Positions 20,546-33,097 of a stretch of 64,000 nt of DNA are shown here, one piece after another. Position 1 is the first letter of the stretch. Each line of letters begins with the position of its first letter. The position numbers and the translations under genes were made by a program. The notes under the pieces are model-generated. The model was not told the origin of the DNA. It searched no databases and saw only the letters and a list, made by a program, of their open reading frames with translations. This DNA comes from Phaeosaccion multiseriatum. Its lineage: Eukaryota; Protista; Ochrophyta, other classes. The stretch is from contig OZ218950.1 of assembly GCA_965112735.1 (NCBI GenBank), positions 4,712,001 to 4,776,000 of the forward strand, written 5' to 3'.

Positions 20546-22813
20546 CTACTTGAGTGTCTCGTATCGGTGGTGATGATGCCGCCTCGTCTCCAGCATCCGC
20601 CCCACCACGGCACCCATTGAGGTGGCCACCACCCCAATCACCGTCAGCAGTGCCCACGGCATGGGCATGCCACCATCATCATCACCACTCCCTCCTTCCC
20701 CCCTCCCCCCTCCTGGAGCTGGTGCTGAATTTGTGCTACTCAGCTGGGTCAGAGTGGCCCTGGCGCTCGAGGAGGAGGAGGAAAGCTGCTTCGTCTTGGC
20801 CTGAGCCCGTGCTTCGCGAGTCTTCTTCATGTTGGGCGTGAAGCGGAGCGTTGGCGGCATGTTTCTGGAACGCCTCTCGTCTACCACTGTGCCTTCCGTG
20901 GGCATGCCCGTTACATCCACAGCGTCTCTATCAGTCTTGCTGGCAAGGAAGAACGCCGCGACTGACGAGGAGGATACCGATGGCGACGCTGTGAGCAGAG
21001 TCTCAGCACATGCGGTGCGCAGGCGGCTGAGTCTCGTCTTGTCGTTCAACGCCTGTGCGAGGAGAGTCTTGAGGAAGGAAAGACACTGCTTGTCGGTCAA
21101 CGAGCCGCACGAATGTTGTTGGCGCTGTCGGTGCGAATGTTGCTGCTCCTGCTGCTTCTCGTTCGCGCTCCCCCTCCCGCCTAAGAGTGGTAGCGCCGCG
21201 GTGAGAAGAACGAGGAGGTCCTTGTCGCTGAGGGTCTCCACCGCAGAGTCCAGCACCACCAAACACTCCTTGTCGCTCACTTCACCACCCTCCGCGCTGC
21301 CGTCGCTGCACGCCGGGCACACAGCCGAGGTCTGAGTGGCAGAGAGGGCGTTGATGTCTTTCGTTGGTGTCCTGCTGGTGGCATCGCTGCTGCCCGTGCT
21401 CACGGCGCCACGCTTGTTCTTGGCCACCGCCGCCGCATGCTGCCTTAGCGCCCCCTCCCAGTCACTGTCTGCCGCTCGCACCGCCTCCGCATCATTGCCT
21501 GGGGCATGAAGAGTAGAACCATGAGCCTCATAGGGACCGTCACGACCATCGCCCAGGCCACCAGGGTCACCGACGGCAGAGGCGGAGTGGGGCTCATCCA
21601 GCGACACGGCGCCCTCTGCGCAGCCCCGCAACAGGTGGTAGTCCACTTTGGACTCATCCGCATAGAGCAGCATCTTGTCAAAGACATCAAGACACCTTTC
21701 CATGGTTGTCTGGTCCGAGCATGTCGTCTCGGGGAAGTACCGCATCACAAATTCGAAGCGAGAGATGGGGCCCAGTCTGGACACGGCATCCTTGACGTAC
21801 GAGAAGCAGTTTTTCTGTCTGCGTGCCGAGGAAGAGCACAGGGAGCACTTCTCTCTGACAGCGGACAGCTTCTGTTTGTGGTGCTCCGCAATAGTCCGGA
21901 CTACCTCATTGCGCTGTTGCAGCTGCTTTCTCTGCTCATCGGTGAGCCCGATGTACTCAGGATGGTCAAGGTCAGAATCTGTAGGGCCTTTCTCGACGAC
22001 TGCCGCTCCATCACTCGCAACATTCAGCATGCCTTGTTTGCACACGGTCAGCAGAGCCGATTTTAGGCTATCGCTATCTTGCAACAGAACGCCAAAGAGG
22101 CTGTCCATGGTCTGAAGGCATGCGCCAGTCTCGCTCCCTCCCGATCCCTCACACACGTCGAAGGGAAGGACCTTTTCCAGCACGCGGAATCGCTTCCGTT
22201 GTGGTAAGCGCTGGACAGCACTTGCCAAAGTTTGTGGACATGCAGACACAGAAGCGTTTGAGCAAGCACCACAGCCCGCGAAACTAGTTCCACCTCCGTC
22301 TGTCGCATCCCGCTCAGTCCCCTTCGGACCCCGCTGGCCCTGCTGCTCGCGCTGCTGCTGCTTTCTAGCGACCTCCTTCGGACTGTCAAGGAGTCCACTC
22401 TCACAAGCCGGTAGCAGCAATAGCAGTTGGGCCGCTGAGGGAAGCTGCCCCACCTTCTCTTCTATCTGGTCCACGCACGCCTGCAAGCCGAATCCCACCA
22501 CATCGTCGTCGCAGCTCAAGCCCACCTCTTCCAGCAAGCGTAGCTTGGCGGGAGTCGCCAGCTCCCCGTAGGCCGCATCGACTGTCGCAAAGCAGTCTGC
22601 TTCAGTGATTATTGTGGTGGTACTGCTTTCCCCAATCATGGGCTGCTTGCACAAGCTGCAGTCGGAAATGACCGCGCCCCGAGAGCTTTTTGTCCCATAC
22701 CCTGCGTCGCTTTGGCCACCCTTGGCTACGCCCAGGACGGAGACAAGGAGCACTGCTGCTGCTACTGCTGATGCCGCCGTGCCACAAGAGCCGCATTTGC
22801 GTTTCCTACCCAT
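20546..22813 (-). CDS. Single-exon type-I membrane protein with four 6-Cys (saposin-like) repeats
   Basis: ~755-aa uninterrupted ORF. Hydrophobic signal (AVAAAVLLVSVLGVAKG), four CxxC-C-C-C-C units, C-terminal TM (WALLTVIGVVATSMGAVVG) and a short tail ending YETLK. Confidence 0.8.
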   Translation of the reverse strand: MGRKRKCGSCGTAASAVAAAVLLVSVLGVAKGGQSDAGYGTKSSRGAVISDCSLCKQPMIGESSTTTIITEADCFATVDAAYGELATPAKLRLLEEVGLSCDDDVVGFGLQACVDQIEEKVGQLPSAAQLLLLLPACESGLLDSPKEVARKQQQREQQGQRGPKGTERDATDGGGTSFAGCGACSNASVSACPQTLASAVQRLPQRKRFRVLEKVLPFDVCEGSGGSETGACLQTMDSLFGVLLQDSDSLKSALLTVCKQGMLNVASDGAAVVEKGPTDSDLDHPEYIGLTDEQRKQLQQRNEVVRTIAEHHKQKLSAVREKCSLCSSSARRQKNCFSYVKDAVSRLGPISRFEFVMRYFPETTCSDQTTMERCLDVFDKMLLYADESKVDYHLLRGCAEGAVSLDEPHSASAVGDPGGLGDGRDGPYEAHGSTLHAPGNDAEAVRAADSDWEGALRQHAAAVAKNKRGAVSTGSSDATSRTPTKDINALSATQTSAVCPACSDGSAEGGEVSDKECLVVLDSAVETLSDKDLLVLLTAALPLLGGRGSANEKQQEQQHSHRQRQQHSCGSLTDKQCLSFLKTLLAQALNDKTRLSRLRTACAETLLTASPSVSSSSVAAFFLASKTDRDAVDVTGMPTEGTVVDERRSRNMPPTLRFTPNMKKTREARAQAKTKQLSSSSSSARATLTQLSSTNSAPAPGGGRGEGGSGDDDGGMPMPWALLTVIGVVATSMGAVVGRMLETRRHHHHRYETLK

Positions 22814-23735
22814 GCTGGATGGTAGCCGCACCCATGAAGGAGGGAAGGGAGAGATCATCGATAAGGGGAGAAAGAGAAACGGCGTTAAGATTTTGTTGGC
22901 TTATGGCAAGGATTTTGTTGGCTTCCCCCCCCCCCCCCCCTTTTCCAATCCCTTTTCCTTTCCCCTTCCCTTCCCCCTGACGCGCAGTCACTCCTACACG
23001 CCCTCGCCGACCACATCATCTCCCGCACGGGCAGCACCGGCTCCTCCACCACCAAGGGCCACGTCTTGACCAGGCTTCGCTGTCTCGTCAGCTAAAAGCA
23101 GCCCCCAGAGAAAAAGAAAAAAAAAACACGCGAAAAAAAAAGTCCCGAGGGGGCTCTCGGGAGATGTGTTGCCTCTTCTGCCCCTCTTCTCTTCTCGCTC
23201 TTGCGGGAGGGCCCTGGTTGTTGCGTACGTGAGCAAAAGTAGGGAAGAGAATAGATTCAGTGGGGAGGGAGAGAGCAGCTTGAGCTGAACGCAAGGCAAG
23301 GAGTTTCCTCCTGTCGATTTGTAGGCAGTTGGGTGGATCCAAAAGAGAGAGGGGGGGAGGGGGGAAGAAGGAGGAGTGGCAGAGCCTTGCACTTGTGGCT
23401 TACACTGCCTGAACTTTCTGAAGACTTCAGAGCCATTTTTTTGTCGGAGGAGCAGGATCGCAGCAAGTAAAGACAGCCAATTCGAGAATGGAGGGGAGAG
23501 GCGGTTGGTAAGGAGGATACGGAGCAACAGCAGCACGCAGAGAGGGCGGAGCAGCACAGCAACAACAGCCGTCGCAGGAATATTGGAAGCAGCTGTAGTA
23601 GTGGAAGCAGCACAATGGCCCGGCAATGGTGATGCGGTGCTGCTGAGATTGGGCTTGGCCCTTTCACACGCACCTGTGTCCCCCGAGGTCTTTTCCCGCC
23701 CACTCAGCGCGGGGCGAAGGCTTTGCGGATTGCAG

Positions 23736-23944
23736 ATGGAGCTTAGTTGCTACGAGACTCTGGACAATGAAGAGCCTAGCGAAGAGAAGATGCTTCCCCT
23801 CGCCAGCTCCGGAGACCAGAAAAAAATCTTCGAAATGGACAGGCTAAACCTAGAGATTCCAGAGTCAGGCTTCGCGCTACGGAAGGAAGGGATGGAACAA
23901 GGTCAGCCTCAGCCGCAGTCGCCGCGAAAACAGGGGCAGGACAC

Positions 23945-23983
<39 letters not shown>

Positions 23984-25454
23984 TGGGTCCCCCCTCCAGC
24001 CCCTTGGACCACAAGAGAGATGGGGTCAGAACGTATCTCCCCGTGGTGCCCTCCCTCCGCCAAAAGTGCAGCCAAGGACAGGGCGTCGGGGGCGACGGAG
24101 CGCTCAGCAGCAAAAGAAGGAGCAACAGCAACCTTCCTTAGAGGGGGACAGTAGAGATGATGACGGACGAGTAGGGGATCCCGTTGATGCCGTCTCCGAG
24201 CGTCACACAGCCACCAAGGGTGGCAGGAGCAGACGCACCACGAAAAGGAAGAGGAGCGGTGGTAGTAGCGGTGACGCTGATGCCGATGCTAATGCTGATG
24301 ACGAGGGCTCTGGGGACGGTGCCTCGAGGATCTCCACGCGCAAGGGCGCGAGTAAGAGCGCCACCACCAATGCTCGAAAGACGGGTAGTAGGGTGAGCAG
24401 CAGGAAAGGTGTCGTGGCAGCAACAGCTGCGAAGGGGAGAGCGGAAGGCACCACCACAAAAGTCAAAAGGTCCCCCCCGAGTAGTCCTGGGGAGAAGCCC
24501 AAACGAAGCCGCGCTCGGACGTCATGCTGCGGTGTGGATGGATGTGAAAAGAAGGTGGTGCAGGGGGGCTTTTGCGTTCGACACGGAGGCAAGGTGAAGC
24601 GCTGCAGCCACGAGGGGTGCGAGAAGCAAGTGCAACAGGGCGGGCGGTGCATTGCCCACGGGGCGCGGGTCAAGCGTTGCGACGTGGAAGGCTGCAACAA
24701 GCAGGCCAAGCAAGGAGGGCTGTGTATGGCGCATGGAGCCGCCAGCAATCGCTGCTACGTCAAGAGCTGCTACAAAGTGGCCAAGGCGGGCGGCACCTGC
24801 CTGGAGCACACAGGCTTCCCGCCGAGCAAGATTGGGTGGGCGAGGGAGCAGGACCAGCGGCGGCGGCAGCTGCAGCAGCAGCAGCAGCCAGGTGGTCATG
24901 TTCAGCGCCACCAGGGGCAGCAAGAACCTCAAATCATGGGGCGTGTAGCGGGGGTGGCCGCGACACCGGCAATGTCAACAAGAGCGGGAGGAGGAGGAGG
25001 AGGAGGAGGAGGAGGAGGAGGAGGAGGGGGAGGAGGAGGAGGAGGAGGAGGCGAAACGCCACTCGGTTGGCAGCAAGCGGCACCATGGGACCAACAGCAG
25101 CAGCGGCAGTTGGCCGAATGGCAGCAGCATGGCAGCTGTGTGATGGGCAGCGGCGGTGGCGGTATGCCAATGAAACTGGGCCCAACTCTTCCTAGCAGCA
25201 GTGGCACCAGAAGCAGCACCAACACCCCCCCCTCCAGCAATTTCAACCCCGCCGCGACGGTCCCTGCAGGAGGGCGAGAGGAGAAGGGCGCACGAAAGGA
25301 CCTACACCACACCCCCCCTACTGCTCCTCCCTCTGGTTTGAAAGATGGCGTCTCCACTGGCGCAGCGGCAAAAGCAAGCGGGAATGGGCTCATGGTTCTG
25401 CTACGGGCATTGGGCGATGTGGCACCGGCGGAAAGCTCCGGCTCTGCTTGGTGA
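23736..25454 (+). CDS. Low-complexity nuclear protein with four C-x4-C-x9-C-x2-H (WRKY19-like) zinc-finger repeats
   Basis: CGVDGCEKKVVQGGFCVRHGG, CSHEGCEKQVQQGGRCIAHGA, CDVEGCNKQAKQGGLCMAHGA and CYVKSCYKVAKAGGTCLEH at ~24525-24810. Start uncertain: the ATG follows a CAG and may be an internal exon. Confidence 0.8.
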
Positions 25455-25720
25455 CTGGGAGGTGCGGGCGCGTGTGCGGTGAGAATTGTCTCCTCAGCTC
25501 GCACGTGTGTGTGTGTGTGTGTGTGTGTATGCGATCATGCCATCATGCACTCTGCCCTCCCCGGATGGATTCGGGAGCAGGCAGGCAGAGCACCAAATAC
25601 TGGTTAGAGTGGTAGTTTGGTAGAGAAGAGTAAAATGAACTACGAGAGATGGATGATAAACCATTTGGCACACGTCTAGTTTGGATTGTAATCGTTGTTG
25701 TTGCTGCTGTTTAAAAGTTG

Positions 25721-28700
25721 TCACGCATCCGTGTAATGCTTGAGGCGGTACAAGAGCACCCTCCCGCGGTCGTTTCCGACAGCAAGATAGCCTCCCTGAG
25801 CGCTAAAGTCGAGGCAGTGAGCGTAGCGAATGGGGGTCCTTTCCGTGGGCCAGTTGCTGAAGACTGTACAGCTCGGGAGGTGCACGAGCTTGAGAGCGTC
25901 GCGCTTCTCGTTCGACGCCATTGCCAGCACCTGTGAAGCCGAGCAGAGGACATGAGGGGAGAGGAGGCCACAGCAGAGGAGAGAAGAGCAGAGGAGGGCA
26001 GAGCACATGAGTCAGAACAGAGCGGAGAGGAGTAGAGCAAAGCAAAGGCGAGTACGGGAGAAGAGAGCCAAGCACAGAAGAGGAGAGGAGAGGAGAGGAG
26101 AGGAGAGGAGAGGACGACAGAGTACAGTAGAGGAGGGTAGGCGGGACAACAGAGCCGAGCACAGCACAAGTAGAGGAGGGTAGGCGGGACAACAGAGCCG
26201 AGCACAGCACAAGTAGAGGAGGGTAGGCGGGACAACAGAGCCGAGCACAGCACAAGTAGAGGAGGGTAGGCGGGACAACAGAGCCGAGCACAGCAGAAGT
26301 AGAGGAGGGTAGGGCACAACAGAGCCGAGAAGAGCAGAGCCGAGCAGAGCAAGCACGAGCCACACACAAAATCAAGGACCAAATGGAACGCTGCACCAGT
26401 CGACATCAGCGTGTGCACGATACGACCAGGTACAGCACCGCTCCGGGCCATCGCATTCAGTTGTAATCTCTCTCTCTCTCTCTTCACGGCGCTTCTTCTC
26501 TCCCTCCCCCATCTTCTTACACCCCGCCCCGAGAGGAGACTCAGCAGGCAAGAAAGAAACAAAAGGCACGAATCCTTTACCTGTGAGTCTGCATTGAATC
26601 TCAGCGCAGTCACGCTTGTGGTCAGGTTCATCACGGCTTTGAGAGGGGACGGTCTGCGAACGCCCACGGCCTTCCCTCCAGCCCTGCTGGTGGTGCCCAG
26701 GAGCGACGCGTTGTCGTAAATATTGACCACTCCACTCTCGCTTCCCACGGCGGTGTACTTGCAAGGTGAATTTGGACTGAGCGCCAGACTGGTGCCGCCC
26801 GTGCCGCCCTTTGGAGCAAGCAAAGCAAAGGGGGGTAGGGATGATGTAGGACATGGCGCGGTGACAGACAAAGACAATGTCAGAGGTGGGGGGGGGAGGG
26901 ACATGAGCATATGAGTACGCTCTTCGTTTGATGTGGTGCGCACGCTTGCTTCCTTTCCGCCTTGTTTCGGGTTGTGCGGCGTGTACGTAAGTGTAAGTGT
27001 ATGTTTGATCAGGCCATCGTAGTCACACGTGGATTCTATTGGTCGACACGGCTTTTGGATGTTCAGAGTCGCAGAATACTGGTCATCATGTCAAAAAAGG
27101 AATCACGTAACGAACACTCCCCGTCCCCCCCCCCCCGCTCCTCCTCCACCTCCTCCTCCTCCTCCTCCTCCTCCTCCTCCTCCTCCTCCTCCTCCTCCCC
27201 ATCCTTACCTCGTTGAAGTACCGCAGGAGGCAGCGGCGCGACCGAACGTCGAAGTGGTACACGTCCCCATCCATTCCTGTGATATACACCTTTTCGCTGT
27301 CCTGCGAGAAGCTCACCGCCCCTACGGAGCCGTTCACCTTGAGATCCGCCACCCACTGCTTGCTGGCATTGGACACGAGTAGCACGACACCCCCCTGGGT
27401 GAGGGGAAAGGCCAGCCAGCGGCCATCCGGAGAGACTGCGAAGCGCTCCAAGCATTGCTTGACTGCCTCGCGCCCCCCGCAGCTGAAGAGACGGGCAATC
27501 TTTTGCACCTGCCCGGACTCAACATCGTAGCTGCATGGAGGAGGAGGAGGAGGAGGAGGAGAGGGGAGAGGGAGGAAGGGAGAAGGGAGAGTGGAATAGA
27601 ACAGTAGTGGAAGGGAGGGGGTGGGGCGAAGGCAGTCGATGAGGGCCAACGGTCGACATGGATGATGTGAAGGACGAAGTGGAAGGGGCGCGAGAGCCGG
27701 CCGAGCGTTAGGGTCCAGCACGAAGCCCCACAGCACGGAATCCTCAGGCTTCACAGCCTTCGCTCCCTCCCTCCCTCCCTCCCTACAGAGCGAGCTCGCT
27801 AACTCTCGCTCGCTCACCAGTAAAAGAAGGGCCGTCGTCCGGCCGCAAGCACCTGGTCTCCGGCCTTGCCCACAAAGGCAGCGGTCTTGATGGGAAGGTC
27901 GGGGAAGTGAACACCGTGCACCTTGGGGTTCTTGACACCGTCAATCTGTAGGGGAGACGAGGAGGAGGAGGAGGAGGAGGAGGAGGAGGAGGAGGAGGAG
28001 GAGGAGGAGGAGTGAGGCCCTACGCGCAGCAGTGACTCGGTAGTAGGCAAGACGACAATATGATTGGCCGATATACGCGTCACCTCACCTCGAAGAAACG
28101 CAGCGTCTTATCGTACCCCGCCGTGAGCAGCAGCTGTCCCGCGGGGTGGAAATGCACACTCTGCACGACGGCATTAGACGGGGCCTGCTGGTTGGCGTCT
28201 TTGCATCTCATCACGTCCAAATGGCCGGCCTCCAGCTTGCCTCCAGATCCTCGCTCGCCTCCTAGTGCGTCGGTGGTGCGGAGCAGTCCCGCTTCGTCGC
28301 CTTCATCCTCGTCACTGTCACTGTCTGAGCCTGCTCTTGTTCTTCTCCCTGCCTCTCGCCCTGCCGCTGCGGCGGCGGCCTCTTTCTCCGCTGCATCCAC
28401 CCACGCCGTGGACACCTGAGAGTTCTCGAACCTCTCCCGGAGGCGCTCCTGGAATTGCCCGCCCGTCATCGCCCCCTCCCCCTCCTCAGCCCGCAGCTTG
28501 CGAAGCCTCGCCCTCGCGGATATATCCACCGTCAAGTCCTCGTCGTCATCGTCCTCCCACGCAGCTTCGCTTGCCGCCCCTGCTGCCGCGCCTATATCAT
28601 CCTCGTTGGTGTTATCATCTTCCTCCTCATGGTCAACAGCAGTCACTGCATCGAAGGGCTTGCCAGACCCAAACAGTGCCGCCGCCAGCCTCTCCTCCTG

Positions 28701-28823
28701 TGCCTCATCCTCCTCCACTCTTCTTCGATGCGCGGCTTGCTTCGGATTCTGCTGCTCCGAGCGTTCCTCCCCGTTCTCACCGCGACGCCGCCCCCCACTC
28801 CTCGGCCGCTTTGTGGCTGGCAT
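25721..28823 (-). CDS. UTP18: U3 snoRNA-associated protein 18 (WD40)
   Basis: Exons 28823-28089, 27945-27818, 27530-27209, 26808-26581, 25930-25721. Motifs EERLAAALFG, AAWEDDDD, RLRKLR, KDANQ, LTAGYDKTLRFFE|IDGVKNPK, AVGSESGVVNIY, LKLVHLPSCTVFSNWP, GRVLLYRLKHY. Confidence 0.95.
26127..26330. repeat. 43-bp minisatellite (~4.5 copies) in the last UTP18 intron
   Basis: Unit GTAGAGGAGGGTAGGCGGGACAACAGAGCCGAGCACAGCACAA. Confidence 0.9.
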
Positions 28824-29786
28824 GGCTCGCAATTGTGCCTGTCCCCACCCACGACCCGACCCTCATGGATGGCACTGGATGGTGTTTTGGCACCCCACCC
28901 AAATTTATAAATCTATCAATTTTTTCGAACAAAAAGTGAGCTTCTTCAGCGAAGAAGGGAGAACAATTGATTGAACATTGAGTTTTAACCATCAAAAACC
29001 ATCTAATCTGAGGCCCTCCAACATTCCCATGCCCATCCCCCTTCTTGCCGACCCTTCCCCTAGCGTGCCAAGTCCACACAAGTCTACCGACTAGAGTACA
29101 GGGAGGTGGGAGAGAGATGATGGGTGAAAATCTCGCCTCCCTTGAGACGTGGCAATCGCTCCACAGGTACAGTACTCAACGTTTGCTCAGCGCCCCACCG
29201 CCGCGCCATCTCCTTCCCTTCCACGATTCAAACTCAAAGTCGCCGCCATCGAAATGACTTGCCTTTACCGTGGCCGAGACCTTGGCTACTTGCTTGTCAC
29301 AGCAGGCTACTTGCTTGTAACACTAGGCTGCTGGCCAGGGCTTCTGCACTTAGCTGGCGAGTGCTGGTCAACAAGACGTGGTGGGGGGTTGTGTTGTGTG
29401 CCTCCTTTCCTGAGCCCTCTGCCCGAAGGGCCTAAGCGAGGACTACATCAAAGCAAGAGGCCGTAGCGGCTGTTTCCCTCTCTCTCTCTCTCTCTCCGGA
29501 CTGAATCAGAGGGCAGGGGCGCTGTCTGTGGCTGCTTGGCTGCCCAGACTGAGGGTTGTTCCTTGCGAGCCCAGCTGTGGGTGGGTCTTGGAAGGCCCCT
29601 ACTGTCGATGGTCTGGTGGGCTCGTCTCCGCTGATGAGGCATGCTGTGGATTAAGCAAGGTGGGCTCCAGCTCGTTGAGTATACTCTAGTAGAAATGGCA
29701 AGAGAACTTCACTACTCCTCACCACCCTCAAGATGGATGGCTCTCTCCGACCTGCTGCTCTTGGCTCTGTGCCTGGCCCCCGCCCG

Positions 29787-32052
29787 CTACTCCACCGCCT
29801 TCAACCACTGCCACTCCTTCGCAGCAGCCTGAAACACAATGGCGTGCCTTCTCGCCAGCTCCATCCTATGCGAGGGCAGGAAAACGCAACAAAGGTAGAG
29901 CGAGACACGTGAGGAAGGGGCGGGCTCTCAAGAGGCAGCAGGCCACTCAGGGCAGTCCAGTCCTCTTACTTGTCTTCGCTATAGCCTCCGCCAATCACAG
30001 TGGCGACCGGAATGCCTGCACGGAGTCGCAGCGAGGATTGTTGTTGTTCATCAAATGAAGGTGTTTCGTATGTAAATAAATGGCTTGGCGAAGCATGGAC
30101 GAGGATGCTTTGCTTGACTCACCTCTTGCAATGCACTCTCTAATGACGAAGGCGTCTCTGGATGCGAGGCCCTCGTCCGAGAGGTTCATCTTGCCCAACT
30201 TGTCCCTCTCGTGCATGTCCACGCCGGCATCGTACAAGACGAGGTCGGGCTATTTCATTTCACAGGGGAGGGAGGGGGAAAGAAGCGGGGTCAGGCCCCG
30301 GCTTGGCGGCGCAAGCTTTTGCCTTCCTTTCCAAATCACTCTTCGGTACTCTCCCGTCACACTCCTCCCTCCAACACTCGAGGTACAGCATAGGCTTCAA
30401 AGAAGGACAGTGTCCCAGTGCCCCTTCCAACAAACCGACCTTGCTGTCTTCCAAAGCGCTCCTCACTTCCTTCCGGAAGACGCTCAGAAAGGCCGCGTCC
30501 CTTGTCCCTGCCGGAAAGCCCACGTCTCGCGAGCTCGTCGCCTTTCTCCAGGGCCAATTGTCTTGGCAGTGGAAGGACAGCGTGAACACGGAAGAGTCTT
30601 GGGAGAAGATGGATGCCGTGCCGTCCCCCTGGTGAACGTCGCTATCGATAATACACACCTGGGGATGTTGGAGGGGAAGGCCACACGAGGAGTCAGCGAA
30701 AGCAATGATGCCTCCTCCATAGGTTGCGAGCGAGGGAGAGAGAGAGAGAGAGAGAGAGAGGGGCCTTTGGCACCAGATAAGATGGGTGCAAACGCAAGCA
30801 GTGAGGCAGTCGGACCGTGCTGAACCACTGATGATGGCAAAGCGAATAGCGCTCCCTGACCGCACCTTTTTCGCAAGGCCTTCGGACTGCAGCACTCGGG
30901 CAGTCACAGCGAGGTCGTTGAGAATGGTGTATCCGCTTCCGTGGCCAACGTGAGCGTGGTGAGTGCCTGGTGGGTGGGTGGGTGGGCGGGTGGTTGAGTG
31001 GGTGAGTGGGAAACGTTGTACACAACCAAACCACTGCTGAGATCGATGGGAACTGTGTCGCACGACAATCCTCCTGTCCATCCCCACTAGCAGTCAGTGG
31101 TCAGCGCAGGCAACAGATCTTTGGAATGGTATCAATCTTCTTCCTTCTCTTTCTGTCGTCACCGTACAGGAGTTCTGGACCCCCCCATCCTGTATATATA
31201 TGTAGATAGAGGGGCTCTGATTATTGCTCACCTCCTGCTAAATTGCAAGCCAGACCGTGTATCAAGGCCAAGCGAGCAGCGAGTACTGTTCCGCCCACCT
31301 GGGGGCAGTGCAATTATGGCAGACTTGTAGGTTCACTTTGGAGTGCGAATACGAAGCGTACGAAAGTCGAAGGAACAGTACTTACCTCCAGGAGGGTCCG
31401 CCTGACGAGCGGCTCGCTGAAGGGAAGGCCGATCTTGCGGTGCGCCTTTTCGTCCAGTCTGCCATTCACAAAGTTGGCGTAGTACTCTGGACAATGGACT
31501 TGGTGAATCCTGCTCGACGACAGAACGAAATTCAGATGAAGGAGGCAACACCACTTTAGAGTCTTCCTGACTTTCTCAGAGATCGACACGAGAAGACCCG
31601 CTAGTAAGAATAGAGCCTTCCACATTCCACGCTCTTACTGGCAAAAGCCAGTCTGAGAACCACGCATAACCGCTTTTAAGAATAGAGCCTTCCACACTGC
31701 ACCCCACCACTTCACTTCGTCGGCCTTTCTCTTCCCCTTTCTCCATTGTAGCTGCGACTGACCAAGACTCGTCGGGCAACTCCGGCTCGATGAAGGTAGC
31801 TGTCGTTGCCAGCTTGAGCTCATCTACCAGCAGCGAGGCGAGGTCCCTGAATTTCGACATGGGGAAGCGGTGCTCCTCGGGCCATGGAGGCGAATAGTCT
31901 TCGTGATATACGAGAGGCAGAGACTCTTGGTGTAAAGCATGTATGCCTCCGTTATTGCGGTGATAGAAGCGTCGATGAGCCGCGAGGGGCCGCAGTCGTT
32001 GGAGGTGGTGTAGGGGAGGGAGGGGGGCTCCGAGAAAACCCAGACACCTCAT
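29787..32052 (-). CDS. Class-IV/bacterial-type Zn-dependent deacetylase (HDAC family) with Arg-rich N-terminal presequence
   Basis: Exons approx. 32052-31763, 31509-31386, 31298-31232, 30966-30866, 30658-30437, 30250-30123, 30015-29969, 29865-29787. Motifs [13 protein letters not shown]|[40 protein letters not shown]. Confidence 0.93.
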
Positions 32053-33097
32053 GGGAAGCGAGAGCAAAGGTAGAAAGCGAAAGCAAAGAGGGTTAAGAGG
32101 GACTTTATTGACTTAATAGGAATCAGTGCCCGCTCACAGATTTCGGCGAACCACCACCATGCCATGCTGCAACGCACTTCCTTTTGTCCTCTTTCACGTA
32201 TTCCGACGCTGACTTCTCCCCGTTGGTCCCTCCCTTCCTTCACCTCCCTGCAAAATCATCAAATCCAGATCGCCCCCGACTTCCTCCTGTCCGGAAAGGA
32301 AGCCAACTTCGCTTAGATGGTTCTTCGTTGAAAGGAAGAAAAAGGGTTAGGGATGGGAAGGAAAAAGAGCGACGGACGAACCAGCGACGGCACAAGCAGA
32401 AGCAGCATTGCCATTGCTTCGGGAAATATCTGGGACGGCGAGGTTGGCGGTGGGATTGGGAGGGGGGGGGGGAGAGAAGCAGAACAGGAAGGGCGGCGGA
32501 CACGGCAAAAATACCTCCAAGTATGCACGACCCACGACGTCGCGGCATTACCAGAGACCAACCTTTGATCAATTTAACGACTACGTCTTGCCAGGGCGGC
32601 AGTCTCCCGACCACGCCAAGCAGGTAGACATTATGTCCTTAGAAGGTGATGAAGAGAAGCAGCAGCACATGCTGCAGCAGCAGCATCAGGAGGAGGAGGA
32701 GGAGGAGGAGGAGGAGGGGGAGGAGGAGGAGGAGGCGAGAACGGGAGGGCAGCGACGCTTGAATGTCGAAGAGAGGAAAGAAGGACCAGGTACAGTATCA
32801 CCTGCGACAGCAATAGCAGCAGCGGGTACACCTCAGTACCAAGACAGCGAGGAAGGAGATCTGGGCATAAGGTTGCTCCACTTGGCCCTCTTGGCAGGAA
32901 GCAATCCTCCACCTCGTAACCGGCGTCCATTATAGCGCGAGAGAGCCTGCTGAGTACGAGTGCAAGAGACGCCGTCGATGGGAGACTGTCGAGCCCTGGA
33001 GAGGAGTGAAGACGGGCGGGGAAAGGAACTGACGACTGAGCAACGGCGATTTATCCACCACAGAACTTCTGGTCTCGCACAGCGGAGGCGAAACAAT

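Noticed and set aside
26127-26330. 43-bp repeats as a CRISPR array
   Set aside because: No spacers; an intronic minisatellite.
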